Shown here piece by piece: positions 48,839 through 64,000 of a stretch of DNA of 64,000 nt. The DNA lies in NCBI RefSeq assembly GCF_009914755.1, contig NC_060934.1. The stretch is one strand, 5' to 3'. The notes beneath the pieces are model-generated. The model was not told the origin of the DNA, ran no database searches, and saw only the letters and a list, made by a program, of their open reading frames with translations. The DNA comes from the human T2T-CHM13v2.0 reference genome, Homo sapiens. Every line of letters starts with the position of its first letter. Position 1 is the stretch's first letter. The position numbers and the translations under genes were made by a program.

Positions 48839-48935
48839 TCCATCAGCACAAAGAAAAATCATTTAGGACTCTGTGACAATGCACACCTTAATACAGCTTA
48901 GTAGATACTAAATGATTTTTCTTTGTGCTGATGGA
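48839..48935. repeat. Perfect 28-bp inverted repeat with 41-nt spacer
   Basis: tccatcagcacaaagaaaaatcatttag (48839-48866) / ctaaatgatttttctttgtgctgatgga (48908-48935). Confidence 0.95.
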
Positions 48936-49449
48936 ATGGAATATGTCAGGCCTGAAGCTGGTATATTGGATTTTGTTCAGTTAATGCCTGCCCTTCCTCT
49001 TCCTTTGATACTTTTTGGGGTTGGGAAAGTAAAAGATACAAAGGAATAAATTAAGCATTTGGCAAGTGAGAAATGTATTCAGTATTCATTCTGAAACATG
49101 GTTTAGTTATGAGAACCTGAGTCCCAGATCCACATCCACAGTGATTGCTCTTCGAGGAAGTAGTAGAGGTGGATGTGAGTGTGAGTGATTTTTTCTAACA
49201 CTCTGAAGCGGTCGTGATTAAGGACTCAACTAGTGAGGTTGCCTCTCCAGGTTTTTTAAAAAGGAGAGTGAACATAAAGACCAGATGCCTACTCAATAAT
49301 AGTAAATTCTTGATACAGCTACTTAATAACTCTCATACCTGGTAAGAGATAGGAAGGAGACGCAGATCTGAAAGGTAACCGGAGGAAGAAAAAGCCAGAA
49401 AGTTTACTTGAGGCCTGGTAGCACCTAGAATCAATATTAAATGTTTTTA

Positions 49450-49665
49450 AAAGTACATAAAACATGATTTGTATAATTCTAATTTTGTTTAATGTAACAT
49501 GTATACTTGTGTTTGTATATGTAAATGTGTTTGCATAAATCTTGAAAACATACCAAAATGTTCACCACTATTATTTCAGGATGATAGGAGTTTGAAAGAC
49601 TTTTATTTTCTTTTATCTGTATTTTTAAAGTTTTCTACAAAGCATGCATATTACTTAAGTAATCA
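49450..49665 (+). mobile_element. L1ME 3' end fragment
   Basis: ataccaaaatgttcacc...ttttctacaaagcatgcatattactt. Confidence 0.55.
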
Positions 49666-49716
49666 TATGTATATATTTATTATATACACACACATAAGTA
49701 TATGTTTGTTGTTCCA

Positions 49717-49750
49717 TTCTGACAGTAGATGTATCTTTTGTGTTTTCTAG
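49717..49750 (+). promoter_or_regulatory. Branch point (ttCTGAC, A at 49722), pyrimidine tract and 3' splice site of the MCU exon
   Basis: yUnAy match 29 nt upstream of the exon start, followed by a U-rich tract and CTAG. Confidence 0.65.
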
Positions 49751-49820
49751 GTACACCAGAGGATCGCTTCCTGGCAGAATTTGGGAGCTGTTTATTGCAG
49801 CACTGTTGTGCCCTCTGATG
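49751..49820 (+). CDS. MCU: MCU coding exon (canonical exon 2), 70 nt, residues V51-D73 plus first base of D74
   Basis: Acceptor ttttgtgttttctAG| and donor ATG|GTGAGT. Phase-0 translation VHQRIASWQNLGAVYCSTVVPSD matches the human MCU segment after ...QQHHRT, including Ser57. Confidence 0.97.
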
Positions 49821-50057
49821 GTGAGTTTCAGCAAATCCACCTTTTATGTCTAATATTATTTCCTTCTTAGCTCAGTGTTTCCTATTCTCTGACACAAAAA
49901 TTTATAAACCATACTCTTTCAGTTAAGGTGGGCTTAGGGGTCAGAGAGAGAAAGGAGGAGAAGGAAAATAAAATTTGGATGAGAATCTAGTGAGTTTAGA
50001 GAAGAAACCAAGAAGAAACACTAAGTTCCATTAAGACTTTATAGGTTAAATGATCAT

Positions 50058-50343
<286 letters not shown>

Positions 50344-51838
50344 TCATTTATCTGTTAAAACTAGGGACATAGTTAATGTGAAGATCACAGAAGCACCATC
50401 TTTGGTGTTTTCTAACCATTGGGTCTTCACATTATGGATAATGATCAAACACTCCAGCCTCTTGTTGTATCAGAGCCTAGACAGAAGGAACTCAAAGTCT
50501 GAGACCTCCTGCTCTTGCTTATCTTTTTCCCTACTTAGGCATAGGACTGCAATACTCTTCTTTGATGTGGGAAGGGATAAACAGATGCTTGGAGACCAAT
50601 GCAATCCTTCGTAAATGTCTATGATGCTATAAACTGGCAACAGGATCCAAACCTTTGTTGTTTTTATGGTAGTGGAGGGAGATGTGTTTACAACTCTTAT
50701 TGTCATTTCTCTTACCCGGTATTGTGCATTTACAGTTTAGGTTGCTTAGTTTAGGGGTTGACTGTTAGATATGTTTCCTCTGTATAAAGTTTAGTTTGAT
50801 AGAGCTCTGATTTCAACCTTAGAAACATTAATTCGTAAGCATAACAACCACTGAAAGAGCATCCTGCAAATTTACAAGGGTGCCTAAAACTAAAGAAGCC
50901 CAGAAAATGAATCATGAGAACACTAGAATCCCCAACATTTAGTCAGTATAATATTTGCAGTGTTATCAGAATCACCTCCCAAAGCTGTTACGTGAATTTA
51001 TAGACAGTGTGCTCATATTTGCCAAATCTTCTAAATTTGGAAGAAAAATCCATTGTGATTACTCATTTGTAATATGGAAAGGTTAAAAAGGGGAAAATAG
51101 ACCAAAATCAAAATAAGGAAAATATTAGCTGGCTCTCTGTTTCCAGTCTCTTAAAGACAAAAAACTAAAAATTAGTACCAATTAATGTATAAGTTAAAAA
51201 GCAGCACTTAGCACTGTGTTGTGGCCAGAAAGGTAGCTGTGTTGCCCCCAGTCAAGAGTCAGTATGTACCCAGATAACAGTACTTTCTACGTGGCCAAGA
51301 GCCAGAGGACCATAATGCCACCTGGCTATGCTACATATTCCTTTCCCTCCTTAAGCTCCTTCAATGCAGTGGGTGGGTATCTCTCTTCCTCTTGACACTG
51401 CTTGGTCCATTAAATAGCCAAATGGTGACTGTCCACATCTGTGCCAGCACCACTCCCAGGTTCTGACTTACTCCATTACCACTGCAGGGTGCCATCATTA
51501 GATAGTTTGAATAAAAAGAATTTCACTGTTAAAAAAAAAAAAGTTTACATTGCTGAATCCACTCAGTTTTGCTGAACTATTTCATTCAAAAATTTCTAGT
51601 ATTTATGATAGTGTTTGAAATTGTCATATATTCAATATCCACATATATCAATATATATTCATAAAGAATATCAACCAAGTCACATGTTATACTACAGCTG
51701 GAAGGTCAAGTCCCATTGGTGGTTATGATATTTAGTGGCAATTAACTTGAACTAATGAATTCATATTGGAATTGATACTAATTTTGCTACTTATTACCGT
51801 TACTATTATCCTGTTATATATATCTATATATAGGCTGT

Positions 51839-51960
51839 GTTATGTATACCTATATTCTATCCATATGGAGATATTTCAGTAATTTAACAATGGTACAGTT
51901 ATGTATACCTATATTCTATCCATATGGAGATATTTCAGTAATTTAACAATGGTACAGTTA
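51839..51960. repeat. Perfect 59-bp tandem duplication
   Basis: Copies at 51839-51897 and 51898-51956, followed by GTTA. Confidence 0.95.
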
Positions 51961-52574
51961 GGCCAGATGTTATCAGAGGACATAAATGCTGATAGGTTGC
52001 CATTATGAGGGTTTGAAGGCAATATTATTTTTACAAAAGCTAAAAAGATACCAACTTAAGAAAAAAAAGAGTGTCTCCCCAAATTCCTACCAACACTATC
52101 CTTCTTAAGAAAACTAATTCATATTAGTTATCAAGAAATAAAAGCACAAAATTATTTGATTTAATGTAGCTTGATGTCCTTATTATATATCTTTCTAATT
52201 TTGTACTTCTAAGTTAATTTCACCTTAGGTCAGTATAGCATGTGAGAAAACTGCTTAATCCACAGCTACTCCAATAAGTAGAGTTTGGTCACCAGTAACA
52301 GAAATTTCTACCATCACTCCCTGCTCTTTGTTGTGACTGTTGGTCATCTTCAGTATTAAATGAGGGCTTGACCCTCAGTTTTTAGAAGTATAAGGTCTAA
52401 AATATCATATCCTATAATTATGGTATTATATGCTTAGTAAATATACCTATATATACTGCTTTTCAGTAATTGCTTGTTAATTATGTTAGTTGACGAATCT
52501 GGTTATGACGGTAACAGCTGATAATAAAATATGTAGATTATCTTAAATGCTTACCTCTCTAACAAAGCAATCTA

Positions 52575-52730
52575 ACAGGTTCTAGATTTTTTTTTTTTTG
52601 GTATCGTAAATACTTATGAGAATCTATTGAAAGTTCTAGACCCTTTCTCTAGAAGAATTTATATAAACATAGGAAATTTTGCATACAATTTTATAGTGAT
52701 ACAGATTCCCCTAGACCAAACCATGGAACA
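52575..52730. mobile_element. hAT-Charlie fragment (Charlie4-like)
   Basis: tgagaatctattgaaag...aaattttgcatacaattt. Confidence 0.55.
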
Positions 52731-52769
52731 AACACATACTCATACTCACACCCATGTTTGCTTTCATGA

Positions 52770-53080
52770 GAGGCAATCTGCTTAAATGTTTAGAGTGTAA
52801 GCTTTGGAGACAAGCAGACCTAGGTTTATATCCCAGTTCTACCACTTAACCTCCTTATAACCCCCGGTAAGTAATAAGTCAAAGCCTGTTTCCTCATTCG
52901 TGAAATGTAGATAGTAATAGTTAACACCTCCAACAGAAAAATGTAGAAACAGTACTTATTCTGTAAGGAGTGGTTGTGGTAGTGCTAAAGACCTCAAATC
53001 TAAAACACGTGGTCTTAGACTTCTCATTTTAATTTCTCTGTGCCCCAGATCCTCAACTGTAAAATGACTGATAGTAAAAT
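52770..53080 (+). mobile_element. MIR fragments
   Basis: gacctaggttt...tcccagttctaccactta...cctgtttcctcattcgtgaaatg. Confidence 0.6.
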
Positions 53081-53181
53081 TTTTATGGTTATATGGTTTA
53101 TACTTACTTGAAGTCTTTAAAGCCTCCAGGGGTTTCCCTTCATGTTAGTGGAAGTTAAGGATGTGGATAATTCTGCTGTAG

Positions 53182-53551
<370 letters not shown>

Positions 53552-53722
53552 TGCCAAATACTTTTTAATAGTGTAGACCAGGACCTATCTTCACTCTAGC
53601 TATTGGGAAAGTGTGAAAGGTGAACTAGAGAAAGAACAAGAAAAATAGCCTTATCTAGCTGCTTTTATTTTTTTATCCAGAAATGTAATCCTACTCAATT
53701 TGCCTTGTATTAAGAATTGCTA

Positions 53723-54041
<319 letters not shown>

Positions 54042-54309
54042 GAGTGAGAGAGAATTGCTAGAGAGTTGTTATGTTTATCTTGTACTTAACAAAAGATACA
54101 AGATTTCCCTACAAAAATTGTTTGCGGGCAAATAATTTTAATAATGAAAGTATCTGAAAATTCCTGTTTAATTAATAAACAATCATCTGTTTAGTCAACC
54201 CAAGTAATAGATAATATATAAATTCGAAACCTAAGGTCTGTGCATGGTTTTGGGAACCAGATACATGCTCCAGCTTTTTTTGTTTGTTTTCTGTCCTGCT
54301 ACTTTTTAA

Positions 54310-54681
<372 letters not shown>

Positions 54682-55063
54682 ACAACAATCCATCTTTGGA
54701 CCGCTTGCTTGTTTGTCAGTTGATAGGGTAGCAAATTTTTTTTTTTAAGTTCCCCAGTTCTAATCTTCACTCACACCCTCAACCCCAGGTAACCACTAAT
54801 TTGCTCTCTGTCTCTGTAGTTAAACCTTTTCCAAAAATGTCGTATAAATGGACTCATACAATATGTAGTCTTTCGCATCTAGCTTCTTTTACACAGCACA
54901 GTGCTTTCAAGGCTTATCCATGTTGTAGTGTGTATTCGTAGGTCTTTATTTTTATTGCTGGGTAGTATTCCGGTATATGGAAATATCACATTTCTTTATT
55001 CATTCACCAAATGAGGGACATTAGGATTGTTTTCCATTTTGAACTATTAAAAATAATGCTGGT

Positions 55064-55463
<400 letters not shown>

Positions 55464-56683
55464 TTATATTGTAGGTATATGCTTAATTTTTTAAAAAACT
55501 GAAAACTGTTTTCCAAAGTGACTGTACCACTTTACATTCCCACCAGCAGTACATCAGTGTGACAGTCTCCCTACATCCTCCCCAACTTTGGTACAATCAA
55601 TCTTGATTATAGACACTCTAATGGATGTGTAATATTACTTCATTGTGGTTTTAATTTGGATTTCACTGATAATTAATGATATTGAACATCTTTTCATGAG
55701 TTTATTAACCATTCAGATATTTTATTTAGTGAAGTGTCTATTCAAAGGACCTTTTGAAAACATTTGACTATTTATCTTCTTATTATTGAGTTGTAAGTGT
55801 TCTTTATATAGTCTAGAGTTTTTCTTGTGAGTTTTAAAAATAGTTTGGAGGGAAAGGGGACAAATGTTATTAATGACTTTTTTGTCAAGTCATGTTAGTA
55901 ACTGTTGTACACAGTTGGAAATTCTGTGTCATTATTGTATTGAGGACACATACATACCCAACCACTATACCCCACCACTATATATCTTTCATTCCAACTT
56001 TAAAAAGACTTGACAACAAAAAAGAAATGAAGCATTAAAGCTACTTAATCACCAAAAATCCAAAAATTATAGGGCACACAGAGCCTAAGTATTTTAATGT
56101 GGCAGAGTTCTCACCAACTTAAATACAAAGTTGTGAAAACAGAAGCACCTTATATTTTTTTATTTTAAAAATATATGCAACAGTTCAGATTTTTTTTGTA
56201 AGTAGTAATTACAGTTTGAAACTTTACCAAAATGTGGATGAACTTGTTTCATCACAGAACTCTTTTCTTGAAGGATTCTTCAAGATTGACTTTTATAGAA
56301 AAGTCAACCAAGAAAAGAAGCCACATGAAATTGGAAAGACCTTTAAGCTTTATGTGCTGACAGTGAACTACTTCGCTTGGAGCAGAAGCAAATTTATGTC
56401 AGATTTCAGATCCACTTCAGGATTGTCATCATTTTTTCCAATATTTTGAAGTGAATTTTGAGGGAATTGGAAACTAACTCATTTTCCTCCAGAATGCAGC
56501 TTGATGAAAATAACTGATACTGTTCAAAGCAGTTAGTTCCTAGTTTTTGTCTGTTAACATGCATGTTGACACAATTAAAGAAAAATTCCTAATATCCAGG
56601 TCTCTTGTGAAAATTACAAAGGCTGTTAATATTAATGGCTACCGGCATCTCTGACAGACTGTTAAATTTCTTTGCCAAAATAA

Positions 56684-56988
<305 letters not shown>

Positions 56989-57456
56989 CCAAAAAAATTT
57001 TTGACTGTAATGAAGATCTTAGTACTCTGCACAGATGGTGCATCTTCCAAACTTAGCAATGTGCACGCTTATACTGCCTCAGAGGAGAAAGCAGCTCCAC
57101 CCATTGTAATAATTCATTGCTTTTCTTTCACTGGCACATCCTGGCTTTGAAGACTCTTAGGCCTAAAAGTTTTGCCTGCTACCCCAGAAGTAATCAGTTT
57201 CATGAGAACAGGTTTTTATCAAACAAAAGGATAAAAATTTAAAATCTTCCTTTGCTTGATTAAATTTGGCAGGAGTTTTGCTTTTTAAGAGAAAAGAAAG
57301 ATTAGTACAGGAGGAGTTTAATCATGGCTTGATTTACTTGGGGATATTTCGGGCTTTATGAATGAGTAATCTAATTCAAGACCTTATAGTTGTTGTTATG
57401 GATTTGGCAGAAAAATCATAAACTCTTAGCCAAGCTATTGCTCTGAGTAAGGTAAA

Positions 57457-57551
57457 GCCAGGAGTTTGAGACCAGCCTAGGCAACATGGTGAAACCGTCT
57501 CTACTAAAAATACAAAAAATTAGCTGGGCGTGGTGGCGCACACCTGTAGTC
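57457..57551 (+). mobile_element. Alu internal fragment
   Basis: ccaggagtttgagaccagcc...cacctgtagtcc. Confidence 0.85.
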
Positions 57552-58394
57552 CTATAGTCCTGTAGACATGGACAACCATGTGAATTTTCTACTACTTGAA
57601 GTATCTCTGTAGGCCAGTCATGAATGAAAAGTTTTGTCAGTTTCTCTGTAGGCATATAGAAAAACCGCAGAGATCTTAAGGATTACCTCCACACAGAAAA
57701 CCTCACAAATGAAACTTGGATTTATAATCTTTTCACTTTTGATATTGTATTGAGTAGTGTTATGAAATAATTCTCAGACAATTCTTAGTTTCCTTGCACA
57801 AGCCTAACCTAGCATCATTTCTCAAAGTGAGCTGTGATTCTATTTGTTACCATGTACCTTTCTCGGAATTTTCAGTACCACTTTTCATCAAAACAGAAAG
57901 TACACAACCTTTTGGATATCAAAGATAATATTCAATTTACCATGTTCCAAAACTAGGGCAGTATGTGACTTCTTTAGTCAAGCTAAACAATAGCAGCTTG
58001 TAATTTACATGTTCTTTCCTCTTGAATTAACATTTATTTTCTGTTTAATTTGTATATTTTATTTCTTTTTAAAAACCAGGAAATGGCCATTAATTTTGGT
58101 TCAAAACTGAGGGAAAGAATCCTTCAGGTTTTGTAAACATTTATTTTTAAAATATGGCAATATGAAGAAAATCAGTTTCCAGTGCAATAATAATTGCATT
58201 GGAATAAAATAATTTATTTTATAAATAGTAAATATAATTATAAAATTATAAATAAAATAATTTATTTTATAAATTATATCTAAAATTTTCATGTATAAAC
58301 TGTTTGGATTTTTTCAGGAAATGTTGAGGAAGAAGTTCATCCATAGCTTTATCAGATTCTCAGAGGTTAATTAACCAAAAATACTAAAAAGCAG

Positions 58395-59197
58395 ACTTTT
58401 TTAAGAGCAGTTTTATGTTCACATCCCAAATGAGAGAAGTGTACAGAAATATCCTATATATTCCCTGCCCCCAAATCCTTGCATAGTCTCCCCATGAGAG
58501 GGATACATTTGTTGTAACTGATGAGCCTGCATTGACGCATCATTACAACCCCAAGTCCATAATTTTCGTTAGGGTTTACGCTTGGTGTTTTACATCCTAT
58601 GGGTTTTGGGCAAATGTATATATGACATGTATCCACTGTTATAGTATCACACAGAGGAGTTTCACCACCCTAAAAATCCTCTGTGCTCTATCTATTCATG
58701 TCTCCCTTCTCCCTAACTCCTGGCAGGCAGGTACTAATCTTTTATTATCTCCATAATTTTACCTTTTCCAGAATGTCTTATGGTAGGAATCATACAGCAT
58801 GTAGCCTTTTCTGATTGACATCTTTCACTTAGTAAGATACATTTAAGTTTTCTCTATGTCTTTTTATGGCTTGATAGCTCATTTCTTTTTAGCACTGAAT
58901 AATAGTCTGTTATCTGGGTGTACCACAATTTGTCCACTTGCCTACTGAAGGACATCTTGGTTGCTTCCAAGTTTTGGCAGTTATGAATAAAGCTACTACA
59001 AACATCTGTGTGCAAGTTTTTATATGGGCATTTTTTAGCTCCTTTGGATAAATACAGAGAATTGTGGTTGGTAGCAATATGTTTATTTTTGTAAGAAAAC
59101 ACCAAACCGTCTACCAAAGTGGTTGTACTATTTTGTATTCCGAACAGTAATGCATGAGAGTTCCTGTTGCTTCACATCCTTGCCAGCATTTGATGTT
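58395..59197 (-). mobile_element. L1MC1/2-like 3' end
   Basis: agagcagttttatgttcaca...gaaggacatcttggttgcttccaagttttggca. Confidence 0.85.
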
Positions 59198-59360
59198 TAA
59201 CTTACAGTCTTTTCCCCTTGTTAAACTCAGTGGAAGCAGTCATTTTTCTTCTCTTGACATTTAAAGAAAATTTTAATTATTTTACATATTTAAGTATATT
59301 TTTCTGAGATTATTGTGAAGCAAACACATTTTGTTTATACATATTAATTATAGATATTCT

Positions 59361-59964
<604 letters not shown>

Positions 59965-60189
59965 ATATATATATATAGATATTCTGAGGATATTTTTGCG
60001 GTAATGTATAAGGAAGCTCCTTATTGTCACCAAAGTAGATAGATATTTAGTTTATTCTATTAAAATGACAATGTTATATTTTGTCTAACATATAATTTAA
60101 CAAAAAAGCATATAGACTTTTGGAATTATCCTTAGGAATATAAGTGATTGTTAAATTACTTGAGGGCATCTAGGCATGAAACTAGTAAA

Positions 60190-60720
60190 AATAAAATGTA
60201 AGACATTTATTGAGAATAATAAACTTTATTGAAGGACATAAGATAGGAATAAATGCAGAGTTATACCATGTTAATAGATATGAAGAATGAATTTATAAAC
60301 TCAATGCAATGCTAATCAAAACCCCAGTAGGAGCTGATCAACTTACTTAAAAATTCACATGAAAGAGTAAAGCTATATAAAAAACTAAGATAAATTTGGA
60401 ATAGGAAAACAAGGGGGCATGTGGTACCTAAGCACATATTAAGATGTATTTCTAAAACTATAATAATCAAAACAATGAAGTATTAGTATAGGAAAGATTG
60501 TTGGATCAGATTAGAGGAAGCTTGCATATATAGAAATCTGACATGTGATTGATTAGCATTGTAAAGCCAAGGAGAAAGGGCAGACTATTTAATAAATGGT
60601 GCTATTACAGTCAACTTCTCTACATTACAAAAATAAGTAAGTTCCAGATGAATTAAGGAGTAAAATGTGAAACACAAGGCTCTAAAAGGAAATAAAAATT
60701 TACATCAGAAACTAAAAACA
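60190..60720 (+). mobile_element. Old L1M ORF2 fragment
   Basis: aaactttattgaaggacat...actatttaataaatggtgct. Confidence 0.6.
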
Positions 60721-60804
60721 TTGAGTAGTGCTACTTTCTCTTAGCCTTATTTTTATTTATAATAGGGGGAAAATCTGGTTTTTCGATATATAAATTACGG
60801 TATA

Positions 60805-61150
60805 CAGTCATGCATGTACTGAATAACAACAATGTTTCAGTCAACAATGGGCCACATATGTGATGTTGGTCCCAAAAGAGTATAATACTGTATTTTTACT
60901 GCACCTTTTCTGTGTTCAGAAATGTTTAGATATACAAATACTTACCACTGTGTTACAGTTGCTGACAGTATTCAGCACAGTAACATGGTATACAGGTTTG
61001 TAGCCTAAGAGCAATACCTAGATACCTACTAGGTGTGTAGTAGGCTATACCTTCTAGGTTTTGTAAATATTATCTATGATGTTCACACAGTGACAGAATC
61101 ACCTAATGATGCATTTCTCAGAATGTATCCCTGTCGTTAAGCAATGTATT
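60805..61150. mobile_element. Tigger3/Golem derivative
   Basis: cagtcatgca...caggtttgtagcctaagagcaata...catttctcagaatgtatccctgtcgttaagc. Confidence 0.85.
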
Positions 61151-61417
61151 CATAGAATGAAATTCTATATAGGAGTGTTTTTTTCTTTTTTTAAAATTTA
61201 CCACTTCCTTATATATAGGAGTTTAAGTGAATATTTCCAGAAATACGATCCAACTTTGATAAACCTCAAAGCAATGATTATCATAAAAGGCAAGTTTTAG
61301 AGGTTTGTATACACCATGATCCTTTATATATAGGAGTCTCCCCTCCACCCCTTTTTCCATGGCTTCACTTTCCATAGTTTCAGTTACCCACAGGCAACCG
61401 CAGTCTGAAAATATTAA

Positions 61418-61736
<319 letters not shown>

Positions 61737-62064
61737 TAATAAGTTTTAAATTGTATGCTATTCTGAGTAGTGTGATGAAATTTTGTGCTCTCCTGCTCAG
61801 TCCCACCTGGGATGTGAATCATCCCTTTGTTCCGCATATCCATGCTTTATATGCTACTCGCGCATTAGTCACTTAGTAGCTGTTTCAGTTACTGGATTGA
61901 CTGTTGTAGTACTGCAGCAGTTGTGGTCAAGTAACCCTTATTTTACTTAATACTAACCCCCCATGTACAAGAGTAGTGATGCTGGCATGTTGTTTTAATT
62001 GTTCTATTTTTTTCTTAGTTCTTTCTGATAATCTCTTATTTTGCCTAATTTATAAATTAAACTT

Positions 62065-62876
<812 letters not shown>

Positions 62877-63049
62877 AACTTTATCATAGGTATGTATGTA
62901 TAGGAAAAAAAATACTATATATAGGGTTCTGTACTATCTGCAGCTGGGTATTCACTGAGAGTCTTAGAACATATCCTCCATGTATAGGAGATATTACTAT
63001 AAAATATAAATATATGCAAAGTCATACTATATTTGGTTATTTAATACTG

Positions 63050-63488
63050 TACAGCAAATTACAACAAAGGGGCATAAACTAATCTTTTATTATCTCTCAT
63101 GTTTCTGTGGATTAGGGATTTAGGAATAGTTTGGCTGAGCAGTTTGTAGTCTTTTGAGGGTGCAGCCCCATGTCAGTCAGGGCCTTAATCATCTGGCTTG
63201 ACTGAGGCCGGAAGATCTGATTCTAAGGTGACTCACTAACATGGTTGACAAGTTTACTTTTGGTCAAGAAGGTACCACTTCTCCATGTGGGCTTCTCCAT
63301 AGGGCTGCAGGATTGTCCTCATGATATGATGACCGGCTTCCCCTAGAGCAAGTGTACAAGAGACCAAAGCAGAAGTAAAGCCTATTATGACATAGTCTTG
63401 GAAGTACACATCATCACTTCAGCTGTATCATATTGGTTCTGCAGACCAGCCCTGATTTGATGTGGGTGACACTACACAGGGCATGAAT
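63050..63488 (-). mobile_element. MLT1 LTR
   Basis: ggcttgactgaggccggaag...cttctccatgtgggcttctccatagggctg. Confidence 0.75.
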
Positions 63489-63489
63489 A

Positions 63490-63627
63490 TAGACAATCCC
63501 TGACTTCTGATGGTTCAACTTATGGTTTTTTGACTTTATGATGGATTTGTTGGAGTAGTAAATGCATTTTTTGACTTACAGTGGGTTTATGCAGAGGTAA
63601 TCTCATCATAAGTCAAGAGGCATCTAT
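63490..63627. mobile_element. MER47/Tigger5 derivative
   Basis: agacaatccctgactt...ataagtcaagaggcatct TIR-like ends. Confidence 0.65.
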
Positions 63628-63629
63628 AC

Positions 63630-64000
63630 TATCTTAGTCCATTTCTTTGCTGCTATATCAATTGCAAACTGAGTAATTTATGAAGAAAAGATTGATTTGG
63701 CTTACAGTTCTGGGAAATCCAAGATCGAGGAGTCCATCTAGTGAGGGTCTTCTTGCTGCATTGTAACATGTCAGAAGGCATCACATGGTGAGGAAGTGTG
63801 CACAGAAGACAGAGAGGGGAAATTGACTTGAACTCACCGTTTTTGGGAGTGGATTTTATCAGGAATCCACTCCCCCAGTAACTAACCCACTCCTATGATA
63901 ATGGCAAAAATCCAGTTATGGGGCAGAGCCTTCATGACCTAATCACCTCTTAAAGGTCCTGCCTCTCAACACTGTTAAAGTGGCAATTAAATTTCAAGGT
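63630..64000 (-). mobile_element. MST (MaLR) LTR
   Basis: tcttagtccattt...gagccttcatgacctaatcacctcttaaagg. Confidence 0.85.

Noticed and set aside
48839-48935. Hairpin as the annotated MCU-intronic MIR4676
   Set aside because: The arms do not match the miR-4676 sequence as I remember it; kept only as an unannotated inverted repeat
51839-51960. CRISPR-like repeat
   Set aside because: Eukaryotic DNA, two abutting copies, no spacers or cas genes
56552-56571. Near-palindrome tgttaacatgcatgttgaca as a p53 site
   Set aside because: Does not fit two RRRCWWGYYY half-sites
58203-58274. AT-rich 24-bp direct repeat / quasi-palindrome
   Set aside because: Low-complexity sequence where such matches are expected

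Overview
This is primate (almost certainly human) nuclear DNA, not microbial. The window lies inside the MCU gene (mitochondrial calcium uniporter, + strand). Only one protein-coding exon is present: a 70-nt exon at 49751-49820 encoding VHQRIASWQNLGAVYCSTVVPSD(D), MCU residues 51-74, the canonical second coding exon. Everything else is intron, dense in repeats: about 44 Alu/FLAM/FRAM copies, old L1M and L2 pieces, MIRs, MaLR and ERV1 LTR elements, Tigger/Charlie/mariner DNA-transposon relics and microsatellites. The supplied ORFs are Alu-derived or chance frames and miss the real exon. The most notable structures are: (1) a poly(A)-tailed, TSD-flanked ERV 'R-U5 / tRNA-Ser PBS / leader' fragment inserted into a MER44 element, apparently an L1-mobilised retroviral transcript; (2) a perfect 28-bp inverted repeat about 0.8 kb upstream of the exon; (3) a perfect 59-bp tandem duplication; (4) a fold-back hairpin at an Alu 5' end. 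I found no evidence for a new multi-gene system. Repeat family names come from remembered consensus sequences and boundaries are approximate (about +/-10-30 nt) unless TSDs fix them.
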